DNA of 64,000 nt from an uncultured Acidobacteriota bacterium (GCA_963764715.1 CAVXTP010000012.1:1-64000), one strand, 5' to 3'. Shown: positions 27,840-38,403, counted from the first letter of the stretch. The notes: generated from the letters alone by a model not told the origin. Numbers and translations: made by a program.

Positions 27840-28859
27840 ATGTTGCCGCGGTGCTCGCGCCTCCGCGCAGGTCGCCGATCGCGCGGAGCCGGCGGCAGCG
27901 TCATCCACCGGCGCGCCTCGACGAGGCCGCGGGGGTGTCCGAGATCCTCCCAGGACGTCCCCTTCACGGCGAGCACCGAGAGCGCATCCGGCTGGACCGC
28001 CAGGACGTGCCGGGAGAGGTCCGAAACGGGAAGCTCCGCGTACATGCGCTCGATCACGGCCGCCTCGGCCGGCGAGCCCAGCGTCGTCCAGATCTCCAGG
28101 AAGGAGTCGACGAGCGCCGGGCTCGCCATCGCGAAGAGGAGCATGAGCTGCTCCACCTGCCCCACCACGACCGCCGTGTTCCACAGGGTCGTGCCGCGCC
28201 GCAGGAGCGCCTCGGCCAGCTCGGGCGACGGCTTCTCCACGAACCGGGCGACCCGCGACAGCCCGCGCCAGTCGCCGAGGATCGCCTCGCCCGGCTCGAT
28301 CCACCCGTACTGGTCCTCGGCACGCGTCGGCTCGACGCCGAGGAGCGTCACCACGTTGGTGTGCGCCTCGACGACCCCGACCGCCGCCTGGGCGTAGAGC
28401 ATGAAGGCCGAGTCATTGGAAACCCAGTGGTCCGACGGAAGGATCACGACGGGAGCGTTCGGGGTCTTCACCGCGATGCGCAGCAGCGCGTAGAGGACCG
28501 CCGTGGCGGTCCCGCGATTCTCCGGCTGGACGACGAGCGAGGAGGCCGGCGTCCCGTCGAAGATCTCGCGGTACCACTCCTCGTGTCGCCGATTGAGGAC
28601 GATCAGGATCTGGTCCGCCGGCGCGACGAGGGCGGCGCGGCGGACCGCCTGCACCACCATCGGGTCGCGCCCCGCGAGCGCGCAGAACTGCTTGGGGCGG
28701 TCGTCGCCCGCGAGCGCGCGCGTCAGCGGGCGCAGCCTCGTCCCGTCCCCGCCGGCGAGGACGACGACGTGCGTCGACCCGCGCGTTGCGTCCGCGCGCT
28801 CGCGCCAGCGCGGGGTGGCTTCGGGGAACTTCGTCGTCTTGCAGAGTTTGGCTTTCCAT
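27836..28859 (-). pseudogene. mannose-1-phosphate guanylyltransferase-like nucleotidyltransferase, +1 frameshift near the 5' end (possibly a sequencing error)
   Basis: LAGGDGTRL...PKQF, QPENRGT, PSDH, YGWI, FVEKP, WEDLG; the GAGGAGG-led ATG at 28859 is out of frame until one base is removed from the run at 28823-28826. Confidence 0.75.
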
Positions 28860-29024
28860 TGATCCTCCTCTGTTCGGATTACGAGCCCCGCGCGCCGACC
28901 GTTACGTAAAGTTTCTGCAAACCGGAATCGCGCGAGCGCGCGATCGGTTGAGCGCTTCTGGGTGAACTGTCTGCGAGCGAGAGGGCCGCCGTCGGGCGGA
29001 CGGACGTCGTGAAATAGTCCAGCC

Positions 29025-30617
29025 ATGTCGTCGGTGCGTCCGGGCCCCTGCGACGAAGGGGTCGTCCGCGCGTCCGAAGCGGCGCCGTGCGATCCGCGCG
29101 CCGGCGCGTGGGTGCTCGCGGCGACGATCCTCGGCTCGAGCATGGCGTTCATCGACGGGAGCGTCGTCAACGTCGCCCTCCCCGTGCTTCAGGCCCGCCT
29201 CGGGGCATCCGTCTCGGGCGCGCAGTGGATCGTCGAGGCGTACCTGCTCCTTCTCTCCTCGCTCGTGCTCGTGGGCGGCTCGCTCGGCGACATCTACGGG
29301 CGGCGCCGGATCTTCTCGCTCGGGACCGCGATCTTCGGCGGGGCTTCCCTCGCCTGCGGCCTCGCCAATGGTCTTCCGATGATGATCGCCGCGCGCGCCG
29401 TGCAGGGCGTGGCCGCGGCCCTCCTCATTCCGTCGAGCCTCGCGATCCTGGGGGCGTCGTTTCCGCCCGAGAAACGGGGGCACGCGATCGGCACCTGGTC
29501 GTCCCTGACCTCGGTCACCATGGCGGCCGCGCCGGCGCTCGGCGGCTGGCTCGTCGAGGCGGTGTCGTGGCGGGCGATCTTCCTGATCAACCTTCCGCTC
29601 GCCGCCGCAGTCCTCCTGATCACCCGCGCGAAGGTCCCGGAGAGCCGCAACCCGTCGGCCACCGCGCTCGACCTCCGCGGCGCGACTCTCGCCACGGTCG
29701 GCCTCGGAGCCCTGATCTACGGGCTGATCGAGGCGCCGGCGTCCGGCTGGGCCCGGGCGTCGGGACCGATCGCCGGAGGCCTCGCCGCGCTCCTCGCCTT
29801 CGTCGCGTTCGAGCGCCGGGCGCGCGCGCCGATGGTGCCGCCCGCGCTCTTCCGCGTGCGAGCGTTCACGGCCGTGAACCTGCTCACGTTCTTTCTCTAT
29901 GCCGCGCTCGGCGCGATGTTCTTCTTCCTCCCCTTCGACCTCATCCAGGCGCGCGGCTACTCCGCGGCGGCCGCCGGCGCGGCGATCCTGCCGCTCGTCA
30001 TCCTCGTCTCGGCCCTCTCCCGGACCGCCGGCCGGCTCGCCGACCGCATCGGCGCCCGGCCGCTCCTGATCGTCGGCCCGATCGTCGCGGCGGCCGGCTT
30101 CGCTCTCATGGCCGCGCTCCCCGCAAACGCCCCCTACGCCGCGTCCCTTCTACCCGCCATGACGATCCTCGGCCTCGGGCTGGCGACGACCGTCGCGCCG
30201 CTGACGACGACCGTCCTGAACGCCGTGCCGCGCGAGGACGCGGGCACGGCCTCGGGCATCAACAATGCCGTGGCGCGAGTCGCCGGGCTTATCGCGATCG
30301 CGGCTTTCGGAATCGTCGCCGCCGCGGAATTCGACCGCGCGCTCGACCGCCGATTCGACGAGGCCGGGATCTCCGCGGCGACGCGTGCGGTCCTCGAGCC
30401 CGAGCGCGGAAAGCTCGGCGCGACGAAGCCGCCGGCCGAAGCCTCCCCCGCCGAGGCCCGGTTGATCGCTGGCGCCGTCGGAAGCGCGCTCGCGTCGTCC
30501 TTTCGCCTCGTTTGCTGGATATGCGGCGCTCTCGCGCTCGCGGCGTCCGGCTGCGCGGCGTGGGGCGTGAAGAAGACTGTTCTTTCCGCAACCACCGCAC
30601 GCGGAGAGTTTGTGTGA
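29025..30617 (+). CDS. MFS transporter (DHA2/EmrB-like)
   Basis: DGSVVNVALP, GSLGDIYGRRR, WRAIFLINLP, many TM helices. Confidence 0.92.
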   Translation: MSSVRPGPCDEGVVRASEAAPCDPRAGAWVLAATILGSSMAFIDGSVVNVALPVLQARLGASVSGAQWIVEAYLLLLSSLVLVGGSLGDIYGRRRIFSLGTAIFGGASLACGLANGLPMMIAARAVQGVAAALLIPSSLAILGASFPPEKRGHAIGTWSSLTSVTMAAAPALGGWLVEAVSWRAIFLINLPLAAAVLLITRAKVPESRNPSATALDLRGATLATVGLGALIYGLIEAPASGWARASGPIAGGLAALLAFVAFERRARAPMVPPALFRVRAFTAVNLLTFFLYAALGAMFFFLPFDLIQARGYSAAAAGAAILPLVILVSALSRTAGRLADRIGARPLLIVGPIVAAAGFALMAALPANAPYAASLLPAMTILGLGLATTVAPLTTTVLNAVPREDAGTASGINNAVARVAGLIAIAAFGIVAAAEFDRALDRRFDEAGISAATRAVLEPERGKLGATKPPAEASPAEARLIAGAVGSALASSFRLVCWICGALALAASGCAAWGVKKTVLSATTARGEFV

Positions 30618-30736
30618 TACGGTCGAGATCCTTCAAAGAACCAGCCGGCCCCGGAACCTTGTCGTCGCCGACCTTCCTTTCGAAGTCGGGGGAATCCCGA
30701 TGGAGGCCAATCACTCAAGGACCCAGGAGTACTGCC

Positions 30737-31033
30737 ATGAGATTCGCACGCAACATTCAGTTCCGGATCAAGACCGGCAAAGAGCAGGAGTTCAACGGCC
30801 TGTTCGAGAAGGAAGTCCTGCCGATGCTGCGCAAGCAGGAAGGCTTCGAGGAGGAAGTGACGCTGGTCAACCCGAAGGGCGCCTTCGCCATCAGCCTCTG
30901 GGACAATCGCAAGCACGCCGACGCCTACCAGACGTCGACGTATCCCCAGGTCCTCGCCAAGCTCAGCTCGGTGATCGAGGGGACCCCGACGATCGAGACC
31001 TACGAGACCGCCACTTCCTACGCTCGCGCGTAA
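30737..31033 (+). CDS. ABM-like small protein
   Basis: AGGAG RBS; VLPMLRKQEGF...AISLWD...AYQ ferredoxin-like pattern. Confidence 0.7.
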   Translation: MRFARNIQFRIKTGKEQEFNGLFEKEVLPMLRKQEGFEEEVTLVNPKGAFAISLWDNRKHADAYQTSTYPQVLAKLSSVIEGTPTIETYETATSYARA

Positions 31034-31066
31034 GAGAGTTTCGGGACGGGCGTTCGCCCGTTCGGC

Positions 31067-31094
31067 AGAGGCCCCGTTAGGGGCCTCTTTTTTT
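31067..31094 (+). terminator. intrinsic terminator
   Basis: AGAGGCCCC-GTTA-GGGGCCTCT plus T tract. Confidence 0.9.
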
Positions 31095-31184
31095 GCCTGC
31101 CGGGGCCCGCGAGGCGCCCCACGACGCCGACGGCTCCCACGAGGAGGGCGTGGGTCAGTAAGCAGTAAGCAGATACGGCGAAAT

Positions 31185-31215
31185 GAAAAGGGCGGCTCGG
31201 ATGAGCCGCCCTTTC
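31185..31215 (-). terminator. intrinsic terminator
   Basis: AAAGGGCGGCTC-GGAT-GAGCCGCCCTTT stem with T tract on the minus strand. Confidence 0.85.
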
Positions 31216-31232
31216 GCCTGAGCCGGGTGTGC

Positions 31233-31715
31233 TTACTTCGAGGCGGCCGGAGCGGGGACCGCTTCGAGAGCCGGAGCGGTGGGCTTGACGCGCACGTGGT
31301 TGCGCTCGCCGTTCTTGATGAGAATGCCCTCGTAGGCCACGACCTGGCCGTCCTTGGAGATCGTGCTCACCGCTTCGAATTTGCCCTTGCCCTGCACGCC
31401 CGTGAAGTTCTTCTGAACCGTCTCGGGAAGGTCGGCCCATGCGACTTCCTGCTCGACCGAAACGACGGTCCCGTCCGGATCCATCACGACGCTGCGCGCG
31501 CGGCCGTCGGCCGTGAGGTTCATCTGGTAGACGATGGCGCCGTCGACCTTGTCGCTGGTATAGCCGGTGACGGTCGCGCCGGTGCTGTTCTCGCTCGCCG
31601 TCTTCTGCACAGCCTCGGGAAGTTTCGACTGCTTGATCTTCTTTTCCTCGGCCTGCGCGCCGACAGTCATGATGAGTCCGAGAGCGATGCCGGCGATGAG
31701 TCGGGTGCGGTTCAT
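31233..31715 (-). CDS. secreted PepSY-like/BLIP-like two-repeat protein
   Basis: GAGGAG RBS, signal peptide, two LPEAVQK/LPETVQK repeats. Confidence 0.7.
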   Translation of the reverse strand: MNRTRLIAGIALGLIMTVGAQAEEKKIKQSKLPEAVQKTASENSTGATVTGYTSDKVDGAIVYQMNLTADGRARSVVMDPDGTVVSVEQEVAWADLPETVQKNFTGVQGKGKFEAVSTISKDGQVVAYEGILIKNGERNHVRVKPTAPALEAVPAPAASK

Positions 31716-31857
31716 GGAAACTCCTCTTGCCTTCGAGTGGGAACGGAGATGTTCCGACTGTGGGACGGACTCATCACCATACAGGAGTTGGCGGGTCGAA
31801 AACGGAGAATCGCGCCGGGATGGCCGGAATCGCACCGGCCGTGTACACAATTGCGGC

Positions 31858-32538
31858 TCAGGAGAACCGATTCGCTCTTCCCTGCCACGCCGCGATCGCC
31901 GCGGCGAGCGCGGCCGCCGCCGGAGCCACCCAGAAGTCCGGCGCCTTCATGGTCGAAAGCGTCGCTCCGGTGATGACGCACCAGAGGACGGGAACGATCA
32001 TCGCGAGCCACCGTCCCCGGCCCCGGACGAGAAGCAGGAGACCGAGGGTGCCGACCGCCGTCGGATCGGGCGCGAGGCCGAAGATCTCGACCGCCTTCCA
32101 GCCCCGCCCGAGGAGAGGCGCCGCCAGCGGTTCGACGACGAGTGCGAAGACGAACATCGCGAGCCCGATCCGCCCGGCGGCGTCGGCCGGCCAGCCGAAA
32201 GCCAGCCTCCCGCCCACGACTCCGAGGCCGACGAGGAGCGCCGCCTCCAGGCCGAACATCCATGCCAGGTACACGGCCGCCGTGTTGATCGTCGCGTAGC
32301 GCGCGGCGTGGAAGGCGATCGCGACCCAGAGCCAGCCGGCGGCGAGGATCCCGGCGAGGGCGCGGCCCGACCCCGCCGACGATCGCCGCGCGAGCGCGAG
32401 GAGAACGGCTCCGAGGAGGAGCGCCACGAGCTGCGCCGGCCAGATCGCGGCGTTGTAGAGCTCGAAGAGCCGGTAATAGGTCCGCGGCGTGAAGAGAAGG
32501 AGGTCCCGGAGGTGGTAGGTCCACCACTCCGAGGTCAA
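31858..32538 (-). CDS. membrane protein (DUF6064-like)
   Basis: TTG start overlapping the AKR stop; EWWTY...LLFTPRTYYRLFELYNAAIWP, FGLAPDPT. Confidence 0.75.
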   Translation of the reverse strand: MTSEWWTYHLRDLLLFTPRTYYRLFELYNAAIWPAQLVALLLGAVLLALARRSSAGSGRALAGILAAGWLWVAIAFHAARYATINTAAVYLAWMFGLEAALLVGLGVVGGRLAFGWPADAAGRIGLAMFVFALVVEPLAAPLLGRGWKAVEIFGLAPDPTAVGTLGLLLLVRGRGRWLAMIVPVLWCVITGATLSTMKAPDFWVAPAAAALAAAIAAWQGRANRFS

Positions 32539-33491
32539 AGCTTCGCGACCTCGTCCGCGATCCGCCGGCGCATCGCCGCGTCGGGCATCCGGCCGTAGGA
32601 GGCGCCTACGTTCTCGCGCACGTGCGCGACCTGCGAGGTCGCCGGAATCGCGCAGGTGACGGCGGGGTGCGAGACGATGAACTTCAGCAGCACCTGCGGC
32701 CAGTTCGCGCAGTCGATCTCGGCCGCCCACGCCGGCAGCGGCGTCCGCTCGACGCGGTGGATGAGGTCGCCTCCCTGGAACGGGCGGTTGCAGATGACCG
32801 CCATCTTCCGCTCCCGGGCGAGCGGCAGGAGGCGCTGCTCCACGTCGCGGTCGGCGGCGTTGTAGGTGAACTGGACGAAGTCGAGCGGCTTCGCCCGCAT
32901 CACCTTCTCCATCTCGTCGTGGCGCCGCCCGTGCGAGGTCGTGATCCCGACGTAGCCGAGTTTGCCCGCCGCCTTCATCGCGAAGAGCGTCTCGAGATGC
33001 TCCTCCCAGGCCATCAGGTTGTGCACCTGGAGAAGGTCGAACCGCGCGACGCCCCAGCGCTTCTCCGACTCGCGGATCTGCTCGGGCCCCTTCGAGCCCG
33101 AGGAGGTCCAGACCTTGTCGGCCGAGAAGAGCGGCTTCGGGTTCGGGTAGGCGAGCTTCGCCAGCCCGTAGCCGATGACCTCCTGCGAGGAGCCGTACAT
33201 GGGCGAGGAGTCGATCAAACGCCCGCCCTCGGCGAAGAAGGCACGCATGACCTCGGCGCAGGCGTCCCGCGCCGCGACGTCCTCGCCGACGTTGAAGGTC
33301 GCCCAGCTCCCGAGGCCGACGAGCGGCAGGGCCTGCCCGGAGGACGGGATCGCGTGAGTGACGATGGGGCCGGGGCGCGCCGCCGCGGGCCCCGGATACG
33401 CGGCCGCGCCCCGGGGCAGGACGGCAGCCGCCCCCGCCACGGCGAGCGATCCGAGGAATTCGCGGCGGGAGAGCCGGTCGCGCGCGCTCAC
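32535..33491 (-). CDS. aldo/keto reductase with twin-arginine signal
   Basis: SRREFL Tat motif, GLGSW, IDSSPMYG, DLLQVHN, IPATS. Confidence 0.88.
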   Translation of the reverse strand: MSARDRLSRREFLGSLAVAGAAAVLPRGAAAYPGPAAARPGPIVTHAIPSSGQALPLVGLGSWATFNVGEDVAARDACAEVMRAFFAEGGRLIDSSPMYGSSQEVIGYGLAKLAYPNPKPLFSADKVWTSSGSKGPEQIRESEKRWGVARFDLLQVHNLMAWEEHLETLFAMKAAGKLGYVGITTSHGRRHDEMEKVMRAKPLDFVQFTYNAADRDVEQRLLPLARERKMAVICNRPFQGGDLIHRVERTPLPAWAAEIDCANWPQVLLKFIVSHPAVTCAIPATSQVAHVRENVGASYGRMPDAAMRRRIADEVAKL

Positions 33492-33501
33492 GGCTTCGAG
33501 T

Positions 33502-35013
33502 CTACCCGCTCGAGGCCCCCGCCTTCGCCTTCGCGCGCACGAAGGCGTAGTTCTGGTTGGGCAGGGTGTTGAAGTCGGCGGCCTGCTTGCAGGACTCGGC
33601 GGCCTTCTCGGAGTCGCCCTTGCCCTGGTAGGCCTGGCAGAGCCGGTACAGGTTCTGCGGGTTCTGCAGGTTCGCCTGTTGGAGCTCGGCGATCGACTTG
33701 TCGTAGCTCTTCTCGGCCAGGGCGATGACGCCGTCGAGCTCGTGCGCGAGCTTCGGCTGGAAGGGGTTCTTCGCGACCATCGCCCCCTTGCGGAACTCGT
33801 CGGCCTCGGTCTTCGCCAGGGTGAAGTCCTTCTTCGCGACCGCGACGCGGGCGAGGTTGAAGTGCAGGCCGAGCTTCGCGTTGTCCTTGATCTCCTGCGA
33901 GAGGTTGGAGCCCTCGACGAGCGCGACGCCTTTCTCGAACTCGGCCTTCGCGGCGTCGGGCTTGCCCATCTCGAGGAGGATGTTGCCCTTCAGGCCCCGG
34001 TCGAAGGCCAGCCCCGGCACGTCGTTGTTCTTCTCGGCGATCGCCGTCGCCTTGTCCACGTTCGCCAGCGCCTTCGCGAGCTCTCCCCCGTCGATGTAGA
34101 CGACCGTCAGCGCGAAGAGGCCGGTCCGGCGCTCGCCGTCGGTCCGCGCCTTCTTCCCGATCTCGCCGAGCTCGGCCTCCGCGTCCGCGGGCTTGCCGGC
34201 ATAGAGCAGGTCCATCGCGATCCCCTGGTGCGCGTTGACGAAGTTGGGGTCGATGCCGAGGGCCTTGCGGTACTGGGCGATCGAGTCGTCGAAGCGGCCC
34301 ATCTTCAGGAGCAGCTCGGCGTACGAATCGTAGGGGTTCGGGTCCTTCGGGATGAGCTCGACGTACTTCTGGAAGGCCTTCTCGGCGCTCGCGTAGTCGC
34401 CGTTCTGGCGGTAGGCGTAGCCCAGGAGGTTCCAGGCCGTTGTCAGGCCCGGGTTGATCGCGGTCGCCTTCTCGTACTGGGCGATCGCCTGCTTGAAATC
34501 CTGCTGCCCGAAATACCAGGCGCCCAGCGCAAACTGCGCCCGTTCGTCGTTCGGGAAGTCCCGGACCAGCTCCTCGAGATAGTCCTTCTGTTTGGCGGCG
34601 TCGTTGTTCGCCCCGGCGCGCGCCGCCATGATGAGGAGCTTCTCGCCGTCGGTGGCCTTCTCCGAGAGGATGACGGCCCGGTTGAGATGGTCGAAGAACT
34701 CCCGGCCCGTCGGCGCCGCTGTGGCCATGGCGAGCTCGGCGAGGGCGAAGTTCTCGTCGAGCGAGATGGCCTGCTGGAACCGGGCGATCGAGTCGGTGAT
34801 GAGGAGCTTCTCGAACTGGTCGCGGCCCTGCAGGTAAGCCGCGCGGGCGGCCTCGGAGGAGGTCGTGATCGGGATCTTTCCGCCCCCCGCCGGCGTCGGC
34901 GCCGCCTCGGCCGCGGCGGGCGCGGGCGCCTCCTTCTTCTGGCAGCCGGCGGCCGTCAGGCCGGCGGCGGCCGCAAACGACAGGAAAAGGGCGAGGGATC
35001 GGTTGGTGCGCAT
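33502..35013 (-). CDS. TPR-repeat lipoprotein
   Basis: lipobox AAGC, ITTSSEAARAAY, multiple TPRs. Confidence 0.85.
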   Translation of the reverse strand: MRTNRSLALFLSFAAAAGLTAAGCQKKEAPAPAAAEAAPTPAGGGKIPITTSSEAARAAYLQGRDQFEKLLITDSIARFQQAISLDENFALAELAMATAAPTGREFFDHLNRAVILSEKATDGEKLLIMAARAGANNDAAKQKDYLEELVRDFPNDERAQFALGAWYFGQQDFKQAIAQYEKATAINPGLTTAWNLLGYAYRQNGDYASAEKAFQKYVELIPKDPNPYDSYAELLLKMGRFDDSIAQYRKALGIDPNFVNAHQGIAMDLLYAGKPADAEAELGEIGKKARTDGERRTGLFALTVVYIDGGELAKALANVDKATAIAEKNNDVPGLAFDRGLKGNILLEMGKPDAAKAEFEKGVALVEGSNLSQEIKDNAKLGLHFNLARVAVAKKDFTLAKTEADEFRKGAMVAKNPFQPKLAHELDGVIALAEKSYDKSIAELQQANLQNPQNLYRLCQAYQGKGDSEKAAESCKQAADFNTLPNQNYAFVRAKAKAGASSG

Positions 35014-35121
35014 GGTTGCCTCCTCTGTTCCCCGGTGGAATCGTCAGAGATGACTACGAACGCGCCGCCGTCATGTTTGAGGAGGGCGGGCGATCCCAGA
35101 ATCCTCCAAGAAATCAGCGGT

Positions 35122-36480
35122 TCACGGTTTCGCCGGAATGATGCCCGGCCGCGGGGGCAGGTACTTCTTCCGGACCTTCGCCACGATCCCCGCGTTTCGG
35201 TCGGCCACTTCCGAGATCTCGTACTCGATCGTCGCCCCGAGGAGCATCGCCGCCTCCGGCCCCGTCAGGCCGTAGTCCTTCTCGATCCAGGACGCCAGTC
35301 CCGAGGTCGCCTCCCGGAACGCCTCGTCGAGCGAGCCGGCGAGGCCCATCGCCATCAGGTACTCGTCGTTCTCGACCCGCGGCCGACGGATCCTCAGGTC
35401 CCGGACCACGTCGACCGAGAACTCGACGTCGAGCGAGGTCTCGAGCGCGTTGCCGTTGAGCTCCCCGTCGCCCTGCAGGGCGTGGCCGTCCCCGACGTAG
35501 AGGAGCGCCCCGGGCTGGCCGACCGGCAGATAGACCGTCGCGCCCTCGACGATCTCGTTGAAGTCCATGTTGCCGCCGACCCGCCCGGAGTCGCCCGTCG
35601 GCACCGCCGCGCCTGCGAAGCCGGGCGCCACCCCGACGCAGCCGAGCATCGGGCGGACCGGGACGACGAGGTCCTGGAGCCGCTCCGTCGGCTTCGCGGG
35701 CCGGGCCGTGCCCTTCGCGATGTCGAGGTTCCAGACGACGTCCTTGAATTCCTGCTTGTGCTCCGAGGCGTAGTCCGTCGTCATGGCCCGGTCGACGAAG
35801 GCGTCGTCGCTGATCGCCGTCGGGCGGTTCAGGCGCAGCTTCTTCACGTGCACCGCCAGGACGTCGCCCGGCATCGCGCCCTCGACGTAGAAGGGCCCGG
35901 TCTGGGGGTTGCCGCCCAGGCTCCGCGACTTCCCCGCCTTGTCGACCCCGGCGGCGTCGACGGTCGACGTCCGCACCGTGTCGCCCGGCCAGATCCGCAG
36001 CACCGGCTCAGTCGTGCTCGAGAAGGTCCGGTGGAACTGCTTCGGCTCGAAATCGAGCGTGCGCGGCGCGGGAGGCTTGTCCGTGGCGGGCCGGCGCGCC
36101 GTCCAGGTCATGACGGGCGACTTGCCCCAGGTCTCCTCGGTGATGGTCAGCGTCCCCGACAGACGGCCGCCCTTCTCGAGCTTGCCCTCGTAGACGTTGA
36201 TCGCCCCGTCCGGGTCCTTGTACTGGAACTGGACGCGATCGCCGGTCACCAGGCCCGTGACGTCACGGCCGGAGGTCTTGCCCGTGATCCTGCCGTTCTC
36301 GACCTTCAGCGTGAGCAGCTCGTTCAACGGCTCGCCGTGGACGAGCGTCGTCAGGATCCAGTCCCCGAAGAGGTCCGGGGGAGGAGGCTGCGGGGCCGCG
36401 ACGGCCGCCGGACGTGCCGTCGCCGTCGCCGCCGCGAAGAGACCGACCGCCAGGATTTTCGCCAGAGCTCTCATCGTCAT
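35122..36480 (-). CDS. secreted acetamidase/formamidase family protein
   Basis: signal peptide, TGPFYVEGAMPGD, GGNMD, GDGHALQGDGE. Confidence 0.9.
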   Translation of the reverse strand: MTMRALAKILAVGLFAAATATARPAAVAAPQPPPPDLFGDWILTTLVHGEPLNELLTLKVENGRITGKTSGRDVTGLVTGDRVQFQYKDPDGAINVYEGKLEKGGRLSGTLTITEETWGKSPVMTWTARRPATDKPPAPRTLDFEPKQFHRTFSSTTEPVLRIWPGDTVRTSTVDAAGVDKAGKSRSLGGNPQTGPFYVEGAMPGDVLAVHVKKLRLNRPTAISDDAFVDRAMTTDYASEHKQEFKDVVWNLDIAKGTARPAKPTERLQDLVVPVRPMLGCVGVAPGFAGAAVPTGDSGRVGGNMDFNEIVEGATVYLPVGQPGALLYVGDGHALQGDGELNGNALETSLDVEFSVDVVRDLRIRRPRVENDEYLMAMGLAGSLDEAFREATSGLASWIEKDYGLTGPEAAMLLGATIEYEISEVADRNAGIVAKVRKKYLPPRPGIIPAKP

Positions 36481-36502
36481 CGTCCCCTCCTCCAACCCCG
36501 CC

Positions 36503-37228
36503 TCAGAAAGCCGGGCCGTCGGGCCACTGCAGACCCAGCGCCTTCGCGAGAAACACCGCCATCTGGCGCCGCGTCAGCGCGGCATCCGGGCAGTAGTTGC
36601 CGCCGCCGCAGCCGGCCGTGATTCCCGAAGCGACGAGCGCCTCGACGAACTGGAACGCGGGATCGGACGTCGGCACGTCGCCGAACGTCGCGGTCGCGGG
36701 CGCCGGGCTGACCTGGAGCCTGTAGCGGACGCGCACGGCGGCGAACGATGTCAGGCCGTCGAAGGTCGTGTTGTGGATGGCGATGATGTATCGATGGGCA
36801 TCGTTCTCGACCGTCTCGGGGCCCGGCAGGTCGGCCGCGACGGTCGTGCACCCCGGCACTTCCGCGTCGCCGGTCTCGACGTTGACGATCTCGGTCGCCG
36901 TCCCCCCCAGCGAGCCCCGGAAGAGAGCGGCGCCCACCTCGCCGGACCCCGAGGCGTCACAGGCCTCGAGCTCGATCGAAACGATCGAGGCTCCCTGCGG
37001 AAGATGAACGGGGGCGAGAAATGTCCCTGCACTCGTCTGGTACCGGTGGAGGAACAGGCTGGCCCAGGTCGTCGCGGGATCGTTCGGCTCGAAATCCCAC
37101 GCCGTCACGACGAGCGTCGATACCTGGTCGACGCCGAAGGACGGAGCGGGTGACGCGAAGATCGAGGTCGAGAGGCTCGCGAGCAGGGCGACCGGAAGGA
37201 CGAGGATTGACCGAGAATTCTTCCGCAT
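36503..37228 (-). CDS. secreted protein with a Cys-containing SLH-like C-terminal domain
   Basis: signal peptide; FGDVP...GITAGCGGGNYCPDAALTRRQMAVFL. Confidence 0.8.
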   Translation of the reverse strand: MRKNSRSILVLPVALLASLSTSIFASPAPSFGVDQVSTLVVTAWDFEPNDPATTWASLFLHRYQTSAGTFLAPVHLPQGASIVSIELEACDASGSGEVGAALFRGSLGGTATEIVNVETGDAEVPGCTTVAADLPGPETVENDAHRYIIAIHNTTFDGLTSFAAVRVRYRLQVSPAPATATFGDVPTSDPAFQFVEALVASGITAGCGGGNYCPDAALTRRQMAVFLAKALGLQWPDGPAF

Positions 37229-37360
37229 GTGAAGACCCCTTTCTGGAGGGCCATTCTAGGCGCGGGCCTCCCGGCCTGAACCCGGAGCGGCCCCCCGGGA
37301 TTACTTGCCTGATGAGGGCGCGGGCGCAGGGTGCGCCCCGACTCGAAACAGGAGGTCCCC

Positions 37361-38377
37361 TTGCCCACGATGCGTGCCGTCCAGGTCCCCGGAGCGAAGC
37401 AACCCTTTCAGGCCGTCCAGCGCGAGGTCCCGTCGCCCGGGCCCGGCCAGGTCCGGCTGCGGGTCGAGGCCTGCGGCGTCTGCCACAGCGACGTCCTCAC
37501 GAAGGAGGGTCTCTTTCCGGGAATCGAATACCCGCGGGTGCCCGGCCACGAGGTCGCGGGCGTCGTCGACGCGCTCGGCGCCAGCGTCCCTCTCTGGAAA
37601 CCCGGCGACCGCGCCGGTATCGGCTGGCACGGCGGCCACTGCGGATACTGCGACTCCTGCCGCCGCGGCGACTACCTGACCTGCCGCAACGGCCTCAAGG
37701 TGACGGGCATCGCGTACGACGGCGGCTACGCCGACTATGTCGTCGCGCCGTGGGAGGTGCTCGCCCGGATACCCGACGGCCTCACCGCCGCCGAGGCCGC
37801 GCCGCTCATGTGCGCGGGCGTCACGACCTTCAATCCTCTGCGCAACTCCGGCGCGCGTCCGGGCGACCTCGTGGCCGTCCTCGGCATCGGCGGGCTGGGG
37901 CACCTCGGGGTGCAGTTCGCCGCGAAGATGGGGTTCGACACCGTCGCGATCGCCCGCGGCGCCGACAAGGCGCCCCTCGCGAAGGAGCTCGGCGCGCGCG
38001 TCTACATCGACAGCCAGGCCGGGGACCCGGCCGCGGCGCTGACGAAGCTCGGCGGCGCGCGCGTGATCCTCGCGACCGTCACGAACGGCGAGGCCATGGC
38101 CGCCGTCATCGGGGGCCTCGGCCCCGGAGGGACGCTCATCGTCGTCGGCGCGCCGCCCGATCCGCTGCCCGTGCCCGCCCTCGCTTTGATCCTCGACCGT
38201 CGCTCGGTCGCCGGCTGGCCGTCCGGCCGCTCGATCGACTCGGAGGACACGATGAAGTTCGCCGCGCAGACGGGGGTCCGATCGAAGAACGAGCTCTATC
38301 CCCTCGACCGCGCTGCCGAGGCGTACGACCGGATGATGAGCGGGAAGGCGAGGTTCCGGGTGGTGCTGACGACCTGA
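37361..38377 (+). CDS. zinc-dependent alcohol dehydrogenase
   Basis: GGAGG RBS before TTG; GVCHSD, GHE, CGYCDSC...C, GIGGLG. Confidence 0.93.
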   Translation: MPTMRAVQVPGAKQPFQAVQREVPSPGPGQVRLRVEACGVCHSDVLTKEGLFPGIEYPRVPGHEVAGVVDALGASVPLWKPGDRAGIGWHGGHCGYCDSCRRGDYLTCRNGLKVTGIAYDGGYADYVVAPWEVLARIPDGLTAAEAAPLMCAGVTTFNPLRNSGARPGDLVAVLGIGGLGHLGVQFAAKMGFDTVAIARGADKAPLAKELGARVYIDSQAGDPAAALTKLGGARVILATVTNGEAMAAVIGGLGPGGTLIVVGAPPDPLPVPALALILDRRSVAGWPSGRSIDSEDTMKFAAQTGVRSKNELYPLDRAAEAYDRMMSGKARFRVVLTT

Positions 38378-38403
38378 CGGCATGCGGCTGCCGAGGTCGA
38401 GGC

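Noticed and set aside
31156-31172. CAGTAAG short tandem repeat
   Set aside because: Only about 2.5 copies of a 7-mer between two terminators; too short to interpret
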